Assembly: GCA_965112735.1 (NCBI GenBank)
Contig: OZ218962.1
Span: 2,728,001-2,792,000 of the forward strand
Source: Phaeosaccion multiseriatum
Taxonomy: Eukaryota > Protista > Ochrophyta, other classes
Direction of reading: 5' to 3'
Length of the DNA stretch: 64,000 bases
The position numbers and the translations under genes are program-made. This document shows, one piece after another, positions 40,771 through 51,900 of the stretch. The notes beneath the pieces were generated by a model that saw only the letters and a list, made by a program, of their open reading frames with translations, was not told where the DNA came from and made no database searches. Numbering within the stretch: position 1 is the stretch's first letter; every line of letters begins with the position of its first letter.

Positions 40771-42587
40771 TCACTCTACGAGAGGAGGAGGTCCATCATC
40801 ATCATCCTCATCCTCATCCTCATCATAATCATCTTCGTAGTCTCCGTGCCTCTTCCCACCACCCTTGCTCTCCTCCACGCCCTCGTCGTCCTTGCCCTCC
40901 TCCTCGTCATCACGCTCAAGCGTATACCGCTCGTAGTAAATGGCCGCACAAACCCCCCCGCTCTTCCTCCTGCGCTCCCTCACCCCCCGGGGGATTTTGA
41001 GCTTTCGCAGGGTGCTCTCGTAGCCACACACTCGTTTGATACCGTGGGGCAAACGCGTGGTGTGGCGGTACTGCCCGCCGAAGCTGAGGTACTCGAGGTG
41101 GCGAGGCAAGGCCAAGGGGTGTGAGTAAGAGCGACCCAACCAAAGGGAGCGAAGAGAGTGGGGCAGTTCCAGGGGCCAATTGTAGACGGCATCATCCACA
41201 AAGTAGAGGCGGTTCAGGCCCTCAGGCAGGACCAGTGGAAGGTCAAAGGCACGGCCCAGGTTCAGCACCTTTGGGGGGGGGGGTTATGGGGAAGGACGGA
41301 ACAGATAGAGGGAGGGAGGGAGGGAGGGAGGGAGGGAGGGAGGGAGGGAGGGAGGGAGGGAGGGAGAGAGGGAGGGAGGGAGGGAGGGAGGGAGGGAGGG
41401 AGGGAGGGAGGGAGGGAGGGAGGGAGGGAGGGAGGGAAATATAAGCCGATCTTCGATTTGGGCACACACAGAGAGAACAGAGAGAGAGGGAGGGGAGGGG
41501 GGGGGAGCTGCGCAAAAAACGCCTCATCCTAAACGAGGGGGGAGGGGAATGAGAAGAAGCAAACAACATGGACCCAATGGAGACTGGTGCATGGCTTCAT
41601 TTTTTTGGTCTCCTTACTACTCTGTACTAACCTTGAGAGTGGCAGGCAGAGGCAGGGCGTGTGCGAAGTGCCCCTTGCTTGTAAAGGACTCAAGGCCAGG
41701 AGGAAGGGTTACAGATTGATCGAAGCGTCTCCCGAATACGACGTGTTTAAGGCTGAAGGGGAGGTCCACTGACTGATCGAAATCGTCGCCGAATGTCACC
41801 TACAGCAGCACAGGGAGGGAGGGAGGGAGAGAGGGAGGGAGAGAGGGAGGGAGGGAGGGAGGGAGGGAGGGAGGGAGGGAGGAACGGAGGTAGAGAGGGA
41901 GGGAGTGATTGAGAGGGCGACCACATGCGTCACTCCATTACCCTATCCTGTCATACTATTACCCTATCCTGTCATACCCTACCCTACCCTACCCTACCCT
42001 ACCCTACCCTACCCTACCCTACCCTACCCTACCCTACCCCACCCCACCCTACCTTACCCTACCCTAGCCTACCCTATCCTACCCTGCCCTATATCCTACC
42101 CTACCCTATACCCTGCCCTATGCTACTCTCAACGCACCTTTGTGAGGCTCGGAGGCAGCTCCACAGGCTGATTGAAACAATGACCAAATTCAAGCTCTCT
42201 CAGGCCTTCAGCGCGGAGCAGGTTGATGCTCTGATTGAAACAATGGCCGAATTTGACCTTGTTGTTGTGGACATTCAAACGGAAAGGGGGGCGAGGGCAA
42301 GCACAAATGGGGGGCACCGGGGAAGGTCCCAAGGGGGTCAGCGCGTGAATTCATGTACATGATCGCCTCATCATCGGTACTGGCGCGACTGAGAGAGGTG
42401 GGACTCACTCGAAGAGAAGAAGCACAAGCGGTAGGGAGGGACAGAGGCGGAGCGAGGGATGAGAAGGGGTGGGGGCAGGAATGCAGACGTCCTGAGTGTT
42501 GAAACAGCCATTCAAACCCCCACGCCATCCTTCCTTGCTTGATTCCCACCGGGACCCCTCGCCAGCGTTTTTCTCAGCTTGCAGTCC

Positions 42588-42640
<53 letters not shown>

Positions 42641-44508
42641 CGCCCTCTCTCTCTTCGTCCCTCTTCTGTCCCTCTTTCCCTCACCTTCTTGAGCATTGTA
42701 CCTGACGGCAGCTCCACTTCGTGGTTGAAAGAGTGCCCGAATTCGAGCTCCTCTAGACTGTGGGGCAGGCGCGTGCCTGGTTGATGGAACATGTGACCGA
42801 ACTTCAACTTGCGCAGACCAGCAGGCAAGTCAGTGCGCACACCAATTGACGCGTACGCTGCGATCATGTCGGAGTGTGCGTCGTCGTTCATCACCTGCCA
42901 TCCGGCAAGGGGGGCGATGTCCACCATGTGGTTCTCCACTATCCAAGCGGGTCCAAAGGGGGCTTGAGGCAACACCTGTAGAGCACCACCACCACCACCA
43001 CCACCACCAGTTGCTGCTGCTGCTGTGGCTGCCGCTGCCTCTTGCGCTGCCGCTACTGCTGCCTCTCTCGCAGCCTTCCTGTCCTTCTCGCTTCGAAGGT
43101 CCTGATTGAAATGGTATCCAAACTCTAACACCTCCAGCTTCTCGGGCAAGGCCGTTGGCCTGTTGTAACTATACCCAAATACGATTTTCTTGAGCGAATG
43201 GGGCAGGTGGACAGAAGAGTCAAAGTTGGCGCCGAACTCGACTGTCTCTAGCCAGGCAGGGAGGGTCACATGCTCGTTGAAGTAGTCTCCGAAGTTGATG
43301 TGCTTGACCGAGCGAGGAATGAGTGTGAGGGCCTCCCGCACCATATCCTCGTCTACTCGCATGCCCTCGTTGGAGAGGGGCCTGTCCGCCGTCTCTGTGT
43401 AAGACACTCCGAGACGCACATGGTGCACAGGAAAGCGCCGGCGCACCTCTCTGATCTGCCGGCCGCCGTTCACCCATGTACTGTTGCTTGCTCTTCCTCC
43501 CCAACCATCACCACCACCACCACCACCACCACCACCACCATCACCATCACCGTCTTTTTCTCGTCCCGCGATTGCTGGTCCTGTTGCTTCAGCCCCACTC
43601 TTTGTTGTGCCCATACTCTTGCTATCTCTCCTCTGTCCGCTACTGCCCCCGCCTCGCTGCTGCCTCCCTTCCTCTCCCCCTTCGCTCCTGTCGTCGCCCT
43701 CCTCGCTCCCTTCGTCCCTCTCCTCTTCCTCCCGCTGCTGCTGCTGCTCCTGCTTCTGCCTGGCTAGAAGTATGTGCGGCGCGTGGTGCAGCAGGTCGCT
43801 CGCAGTATACGAGTCGTCATCCCTACGGAGACGGTTGAACGCCTCCCACTTCCTACCCGTCCTTTCGACGACGGGAACACCCCCACCTCCGGCCACGCTG
43901 CCAGCGCTGCTGCTGCCAACGGTGCTGCTGCCTGCCTCAGCCACGACAGGGTCGCTCTCTTCTGGCACGTCCAACGACCCATGACCATCATCATCCCCAC
44001 TGCTGCCAAGACTGCAATCTTCGCTGTCCCCATCATCGTCGCTACTGATACACTCATCCTCACTATCCTCCTCCGGCTCCTCCAATCCCAGCATCATTTG
44101 CGTCAATCGGAGCCTCACGGGTGCACTCATCAGGCAGTGGATGACCAACACGCGTGAGGACGCGTCATCCAGATCTTTACACAGCCCCCATGTTGCCTTC
44201 TGGTGACCAAAGGCCTGAGACAGCACTTCCAGCACCCTCCGACCGTCTCCGGTGTAGCTGGCAGTGCCATTGCCGCACACATCCTTTTCCAGAGAAAAAC
44301 CTCTTGCCCCCGTGTAACCACGCGCAGCGGCCGAATCAGAGTCTAGTCGCATGCCGGCTCCGTCACTGCCCCATATGCGCATGCCAAGATCCAGTGAGTC
44401 CCACTTGCACCCTGCCGCGCCAGCACTTCCCACGCCCACGCTGCTGCTCTGGCTGTCGGTGCTGCTCGTGCTCACTCCCTCTTCTCGAGGAGCCAGCTGA
44501 TAGCTCAT
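40771..44508 (-). CDS. FNIP-repeat protein (copy 2)
   Basis: Approximate exons 44508-42685, 42257-42138, 41799-41631, 41268-40771. Repeated 'LP.SL..L.FG..FNQ' units. Shares an N-terminal TWGL...RL motif with copy 1. Confidence 0.82.
41930..42122 (+). repeat. (ACCCT)n intronic pentanucleotide repeat
   Basis: Direct reading. Confidence 0.9.
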
Positions 44509-44924
44509 GTTTTTCGTTTCCTTGTCCTGCCGCCGGCGCCGCCCCCCCCCGGCTCTCCGTGCTGCTGCTATCTCACTATCTTTCTTTCCCCACCTCCTCT
44601 CCCACCCCACCCCCGGTTCTGCTTCGCAAGCAGGAAGGCCTGTTCTTGTTGAAGGACCAGGGACGCGGTTTCTCCCTCCTTCCTTCCCCCCCTCAACCTC
44701 TATACTTCCTTCGATCTTCCTTCCCCCCTTTCGGGATCGGGGCGAGAAAATGAAAGGAGATCTTAGACCGAAGAGGGGTGGGGAGAGATTACACCCCGCA
44801 AGTACGCAGTGCACCCTGAGATACCGGCGGTAGCCTCCTTCTGGCTGGCTTGTGCCTTCTTCTTCTTTTTTTCCTTCTCTCCTGTTAGGCCCGTTCTTCT
44901 GTTTCCTTTTTTTTTTTTTTTTGG

Positions 44925-45153
44925 AGGTTTTCGACCCCCACATTCGCGACAGCGCGCTATCGCCCCCCCCCGCCCCCGCCCCCGATAGCGGATAGCGGAT
45001 CGGCTGGCGCCGGCGATAGCGGATAGCGCGCTATCGGCCACCGGCCTATGGGGGATAGCGGATCGGCTGGCGCCGGCGATAGCGGATAGCGCGCTATCGG
45101 CCACCGGCCTATAGCGGTAGCGGATAGCGGATAGCGTGTCAGGGGTCGATCCC
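44925..45153. mobile_element. Putative MITE-like insertion built from GATAGCG(G) units
   Basis: TCGACCCC near 44931 is mirrored by GGGGTCGA near 45142. There is an internal 59-bp direct duplication and many GATAGCG/CGCTATC copies. Confidence 0.45.
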
Positions 45154-45327
45154 GTAAGGTGTTGTGCTTACAAAACTCAACATAAACACCCACAGCCTAT
45201 TCTACATTCGAGACGAGAGCCGAGCCATATGACGAAGGAAGAAGGTTGGTTGTCTCTGATGTTGATTTGCTTGTTGAGGGGGTCTTGGCTGTAGCTTGTA
45301 CTTGTGTGTGGATTCAGTTTGTTCATT

Positions 45328-45449
45328 TCACGTGTCGAGGAGGTTGAGGGCCTCCTCCATAAAGTCGTTGCCGCTCTTTTTGTACTCCAATCCCGCCTTA
45401 ATCGCCTCTTCGAACACCTGTGGAGGGGGGGAGAGAGGAGAGGAGAAAC

Positions 45450-45484
<35 letters not shown>

Positions 45485-46605
45485 GGAGAGAGAAAGAGAG
45501 CGAGAAAGAGAGAGAGAGGCAGAGCGAGAGGAGAAAAGATAGAAAAAAGAAGAGAGAAAAGAGAAAGAGGTGGAGAGAGAGAGAGCAAAGGGGAAGAGCG
45601 AGAGGGAGGGAGGGGAAGGGGGGGGGGTTGGCGGGTTGGCGTAGGTGTAGAGGGGGGGAGGTGAGGAGGAGGTGTTCAAGCGTACTCACCGCCCCCATCT
45701 CACCCCCTCTCCTCTCCTCCACCGCTCTCGTTCCACAGACGCACCGACGCACTTCATTCGATAAAGACACACACATATGTGTGCACCCACCCACTCACTC
45801 CCTCCCTCACTCACTCACGCACTCACTCACTCACGCACTCACTCAGGCACGCACTCACTTTGACTACGTTGGTTCCGTCGGCTGCTGAGACGAAGAAGAA
45901 AGGCAAGTCGTGCTGTTGTGCAAACTTGAAGCTCTTCTTGGTGACGTTATAATCCTGTCAGAGTGGTGATACAGTCAACAAAAGTAAGAATGGAGACGAA
46001 CAGAGGGAGGGAGAGTACATGTCCACGTTCTTGCTCCTTCTCCACTCCCTCCTGCCCCTCCTTCCCTCTTTCCGTCTTGCTCCCCACAGGGTGCCCCCGT
46101 CCATCTTCCCTTGTCACTTTGTCCGTCCGTTGGTCCGTTCTGATAATTTTCTGCGCCGTCCCATCATCATCCGCGCCTCTAAAGTCTAATCGCTAAACGA
46201 TTTGGCTCCTCACCCCTTGAAGCTTGTGTTATCCTCACTCACCACATCTACTTTGTTGGCCACGAGTACGCAAGGGACGCTCTCACAATACTGCCGCAGC
46301 TCGTTGTACCACTGGGAGAGGTTCTTATACGTGGTCTGGAGGCATACGGGCATACGGGCATAAATTGGGAATACGTAAGGGGTGGGGCCACGCACGCAGT
46401 TGTTTAGGAGGGTCAGGGTCAGGGTCAGAAGTCAGAGTCGGGCTCTTTCCCCAACCCACACACGTGTTTCAGAACACAAGTCCCACACCCATGTGAGTCC
46501 TGGAGCTGCATCGAGCGCAGGACAGGTGAGGAGTGGGGGGGGGGGGGGGCGGGCACGGAACACCAGACTAGATCGGCATCCTTTACTCTCCCGTTCATTG
46601 CATTG

Positions 46606-46637
<32 letters not shown>

Positions 46638-48384
46638 AAGAAGAAGAAGAAGAAGAAGAAGAAGAAGAAGAAGAAGAAGAAGAAGAAGAAGAAGAAGAAG
46701 AAGAAGAAGAAGAAGAAGAAGAAGAAGAAGAAGAAGAAGAAGAAGAAGAAGAAGAAGAAGAAGAAGAAGAAGAAGAAGAAGAAGAAGAAGAAGAAGAAGA
46801 AGAAGAAGAAGAAGAAGAAGAAGAAGAAGAAGAAGAAGAAGAAGAAGAAGAAGAAGAAGAAGAAGAAGAAGAAGAAGAAGAAGAAGAAGAAGAAGAAGAA
46901 GAAGAAGAAGAAGAAGAAGAAGAAGAAGAAGAAGAAGAAGAAGAAGAAGAAGAAGAAGAAGAAGAAGAAGAAGAAGAAGAAGAAGAAGAAGAAGAAGAAG
47001 AAGAAGAAGAAGAAGAAGAAGAAGAAGAAGAAGAAGAAGAAGAAGAAGAAGAAGAAGAAGAAGAAGAAGAAGAAGAAGAAGAAGAAGAAGAAGAAGAAGA
47101 AGAAGAAGAAGAAGAAGAAGAAGAAGAAGAAGAAGAGAGAAAAGCGGCCGTGTGAGCTACTACTAGGCGCTACTTCCCACTTTCCACTCCCCCCGTACCC
47201 ACTCCCCTCTGTCCACTACCCACTACGTGCTGCCCCACTGCCTCACTCCCCAATCTCTACTCCCCACGACCCTGCTCCCACACTCCCACACTCCCACGCT
47301 CCCTCACTCCCTCACTCCCTCCTCCCGTCTACCCATTCTCCATTCCACACTCCCCCGTACCCACTCTCCACTCCCTCCCTCCCTCCCTCACTCCCTCCCT
47401 CCCTCCCTCCCTGACTCCCTCCCTCCCTCCCTCACTCCCTCCCTCCCTCACTCCCTCCCTCCCTCCCTCCCTCCCTCCCCCTCTACCCACCTTCCTGGTC
47501 ACGTCAAACACAAGTATACAGCAGTGAGCCCTGTAGTAGTACGACGGGTGCATGCTACTAAACCGCTCCTGCCCCGCTGTGTCCCAAAAGTCGACCTTCG
47601 CTTCCGTCCCATCCTCAAGCTGTGCGTGCTTCCGAAACAGCGTCAGAGCGTACGTGGACAGCTGAGCAGCATTCCCAAGGGAGGGAGGTAGGAAGGGAGG
47701 AGGGAGGGGAGTGAGGGGAGGGAGGGAGGGAGGGAGGGAGGGAGGGAGGGGGGGACTCGTAAGGATTTTCGAGGGATAGAGTGCATGAATTCCATCGGAG
47801 AATATCCTGGAGGCAGAAAGAAACCAACTCGAATCAAGTAAAGCAAAGCTTACAGGTTGGTGTGGGGATTGATGGCAGTCGATGGCGGTGGGTCCTGACC
47901 CTCCCCGACGAGCAGCCGGTCCTCCCTGCCCCCTCACTCGATCCCTTACCTGTCTTGGGTTGTACTCATCCATGAGATACCTCTCCACAAGCTTCGACTT
48001 TCCCACGGCGGAGTCTCCTAATAATATGACCTGAGGGTAGTCGGGTCGTAGTAGAGACAATCGACGAGAACATTGGGTGGGAGGGGAAGAGGTGAGGAAG
48101 TCAGTGTTCAGGAGCCTGGGAGCCAGAAGGCTCAGGACCTCCTTCTGCGGTGAGTACTGGAGGCAGGCATTGACTTCTCCAGCATCGTCAAGGGAAAGTG
48201 CTGCCAGCCCCCGCCCGGATTGGCGTCTCCATGTCTCATCCCCCCCGCCGCCGGCTCGGCTCGTCCGGCTCTCTTCCCCTGTCCTCGTTGCAAAACCACC
48301 ATGACCTCCACGCACCTTCACATCGGGGTCTTCTAGCTCGTCTTCTACCTTGCCGTCCTCTCGGCCGGCCTCTTTCCCCTCCAT
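45328..48384 (-). CDS. RABL2: Rab-like 2 small GTPase (ciliary/IFT-associated)
   Basis: In-frame exons 48384-48316, 48030-47950, 47661-47491, 46335-46243, 45954-45859, 45417-45328. Motifs: [58 protein letters not shown]. There is no C-terminal prenylation cysteine. Confidence 0.93.
46608..47136 (+). repeat. Perfect (GAA)n tract of about 176 units in a RABL2 intron
   Basis: Direct reading. Confidence 0.95.
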
Positions 48385-48667
48385 CTCCCCTTCCTTTGCT
48401 CACTGCCTTGACCTTGCCCAGTAGCCTCTCCGCTCCTGTATCTCTCGCCCCCCCTCCTCACCCCTTCGTAGAGGAAGGACCTTCCACACCTCCTCTTCCA
48501 CAGGGCGATTCCAGGGAGGATCTGCCAGGGAGGTAGAAGAGGGTTGGAAGGGGGGGGCTTCTGTGATTCGATTCCGTTGTCGACCTGCTTTTGCTCGACG
48601 GACTGCGGATTGGTTCCCTCCCTGCAGCAGCAGCAGCAGCAGCAATAGCAGTAGCAGCAGCGGCAGC

Positions 48668-48711
<44 letters not shown>

Positions 48712-48950
48712 AAAAAGAAGCAACAGCAGCACACTAACGGCTTGGGGAACTTGCTTAGGACAAGGGCTTGCTTACGACAGGGCCGACCTCCCTCTATCCA
48801 AATCTACTCACGTCTTTTTCCCTTGGCTCCTGCTGCTTAGGCAGGGTTCCTTCCTTGCTCTCCGTTGGTGGTGTGCTGCTCTTGGCCCGAGTCAGAGAGG
48901 GGAAAGAGGGAAGAAAAGGGACGGCGTAGCGCGTGAAAACAACAAGCGCG

Positions 48951-51900
48951 ATGGTGGGCGCGGGGGGCAAGGGGCCGCGAGTAGCGCCAACGAGGGAGAG
49001 GAAGAGAGCCCCAAACAGGAACGACCTGGAAGCGATGGCGGCCTCGATGGAGACTCCGGCAGCGAAGAAGGCGAAAATGGCTGCGTCAGCCGCCGCAAAA
49101 GCCGCTGCTGAGGTGGGCGTGCTTTACCTTCCAGATTCCCCCTCATTCCCTTGCTCATGTCTTTCACTTGTTTTCTTCCCCACCACCCACTGTCTCACTC
49201 TTTATACTGCTTGCCGCTTTCTCCGTCGCTTTCTCTCGCTCTTTCCCGTTCTCTTTCCCTCTCGCCATACTCTTCGGTCCAATTCACAGGACCTGGCCCA
49301 AGCCTCCCTCCGCTACCATGAGAGCGAACCCTCCTCTTTTATCGCCGCTCGCTCCATGAAAGGGAAGGCGGCTTCTCCTAGTAAGAAGAAGACGGGAGGT
49401 GGCGGTACAGCTGAAGGCAGTGACTATGTATACAGAGGCAATCTCCCCTTCGCTCCCTCCATCCGCTTCGACACCGGACACCACATTTCCAGCAAGTCTC
49501 TGGAGGGCTGGGGGCGGCCAGCAGCGGCCAAGGAGGCAGCCAGTGGCAGAGTCTTCGACGGGCGGATGCTGGGGTGGTTCAGAGTCGTAGTGGGCCCTCC
49601 TGAGGACGAGTCTGAGGAGACGGCACCCCCAAAGGGAAAGGCAAAGGGGAGGGGGAAGGCGAAGGCGAAGGGCGGTGGAGCGGGCCCCTCGCGGCCGAAG
49701 AACAACCTGCTGCACACACTCGCGGCAGAACACAAGGTTAGTGAGAAGGGAGGGAGGGAGGGAGGGAGGGAGGGAGGGAGGGAGGGAGGGAGGGAGGGAG
49801 GGAGGGAGGGAGGAGGGAGGAGGGAGAGAGGAAGTGTGGAAGAGAGGGAGAGGCAGGAAGAAAGTAGGCGGGAGAGTGATGTGGGATACGTGCCCTCCCT
49901 CCCACCGCCACCACCACTACCAACAACAACAACAACCCCCCCCCACACCCCCATTCACCACCCATCTCTTTAACGCCCTTTATCCACGACCCACCCCCCA
50001 CCCCTTCCTTTCCACCCATCAACCTTTTACTCTTCCAAGGTCCCGACTGTCAAGGCGGCCAACAAAAGTCAGTTCGAGACATGGGATGCAGACGGAGAGT
50101 TCCGCAGCCGAGCTAATGAGCACGTGCCCCTAAGCAGGCTCATGGACCAAGCGGCTTTGGGTGCGGTGAAGCTGAGCCCGCCAGACAGGCATGTAGGGGT
50201 GATGGGTGGGTGGGTGGGTGGGTGGGTGGGGTGAACACGTGCTCCGTGCCTGTTCGAGCGCCCGTTTGAGTGAGTGTCAGGGGAGGAGGATGACCCCTCT
50301 TCTGTCTCTCATCTCGTCTCCCCTCTCCCCGCGTTTGCCGCCTCTCTCTACCCGAAACCCACCCACCCACCCACCCACTCACCCACGCACGCACTCACCC
50401 ATTGACTTGCTACACCCACAGCATGGAGATGATTCAAGCTATCTTCGCTCTGCAGTCCCCAAAGTCGTCCCCCTGGTCACGGCCTCTCCTCCGAGTCATG
50501 AGCACCCTTCGTCCCATGCACCTCGGAGAGCAAGAGGACACAGCCAACACAGCCAGAGGAGTTGGTGGTACAGCGACCAGCGGCGGAGTCCTGAGCGGAG
50601 CCTTTACCGTGACGTACTACGTGTATGCGTCGCGCTTACTCTTCGAAATGGTGGCGGACCCCGCCATCAAGCGCATGATGGAACTGCTGACCCCGGTGGG
50701 AAAGGTGCACCCCGTTGCGCGCCGCAGAGAGCAACCCGTCATGTTCTCAAAGTTCCGCCCAGGGGAGACCTCCCCGATGGCCCTGCCCACGGCCACGGAA
50801 GGACACGCTTCTTCTTCGTCTTCTTCTTCTTCGTCGTCGTCTGCCTCTGGAGGTATGTGCGGGTGGGTGGGGGTGAGGGTGTGGGTGTGGGGGGGGTGGG
50901 TGGTGTCGGGATGCACGGGTGGGTGGATGGGTGGGTGGGTGGGTGAGTGGATGGGTGGGAAGTTGTGCGGGTGGATAGGTGTCGGTGGGTGGAGGGGGAT
51001 GGGTGTGGGTGGTGTGGGGGTAGTATAGGATGATCAGTCGTATCCGTCGCTGTCTCTGTCGCTGTCTCTGCCTCTGTCTCTACCTCTGTCTCTGTCTCTC
51101 TGTCGCTGTCTTCTCATCCCACCTCTCCCCTCTCCTTTCTTTCTCTCCACACAGCGGCCTCGTCTGGGGGCGCTAGCAGCAATGGCGGAGGTAGCAGCCG
51201 CAGCAGTAGTGCCAGAGGCAGTGGCAGCAGCAGTAGTAGCAGCAGCAGCAGCAGCAGCAGCAGTGGCGGTGGTAGTGGTAGTGGTAGTAGTGGTAGCAGT
51301 GGCAGTGCGCTGGCGCGAGTGACCCCCTACGACTTCACCCTAGCAGGTGTGCTCAAAGCGGCAGAGAGTACTGGCTATGACGTCAGGGAGGAGCAGCCCG
51401 AGGGGGTCACGGTGGAGCTATTTGAGTATCAGAGGAGTACGCTGCAGTGGATGCTGGACCAGGTGGGCGCATATGGGCAAACGGGCGTGTTGGACATACG
51501 AGTATTTTGGGCATTGTATGTACGTACGGGTGTATGGGCAAACACATGAGGGATGACTAATGCTTTCACACCCTGCACCTTCCCCCACCCCTCCTCCTCC
51601 TCCTCCTCCTCCTACTACTACTACTACTACTCCTCCTCCTCCTCCCCCTCCTCCCCCACCTCCCTCCTCCTTCTCCCCCACTCCTCCTCCCCCACTCCTC
51701 CTCCCTCCCCCCCCTCCCCACCCCCCGTGCTCCCTCTTACGCCCGGCCTTTCTAGGAGAGGGACGAGGCTGGCCTGAACGGATACTTTTGGGAGCGGCAT
51801 GAGTGGGGTGATGGCGGCTCCTTGTGGTTCTTCCCCATGGCGGGCGAGTTTAGACTGGAGGAGCCCCCCCTCGTCACAGGAGGGCTGCTCAGCGAGGAAA

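Noticed and set aside
41930-42122. (CCCTA)n as interstitial telomere
   Set aside because: The unit is a 5-mer (TAGGG), not TTAGGG/TTTAGGG, and it lies inside an intron among many other simple repeats.
46603-47166. 187-aa poly-arginine ORF
   Set aside because: It is a reading of the (GAA)n tract in a RABL2 intron.
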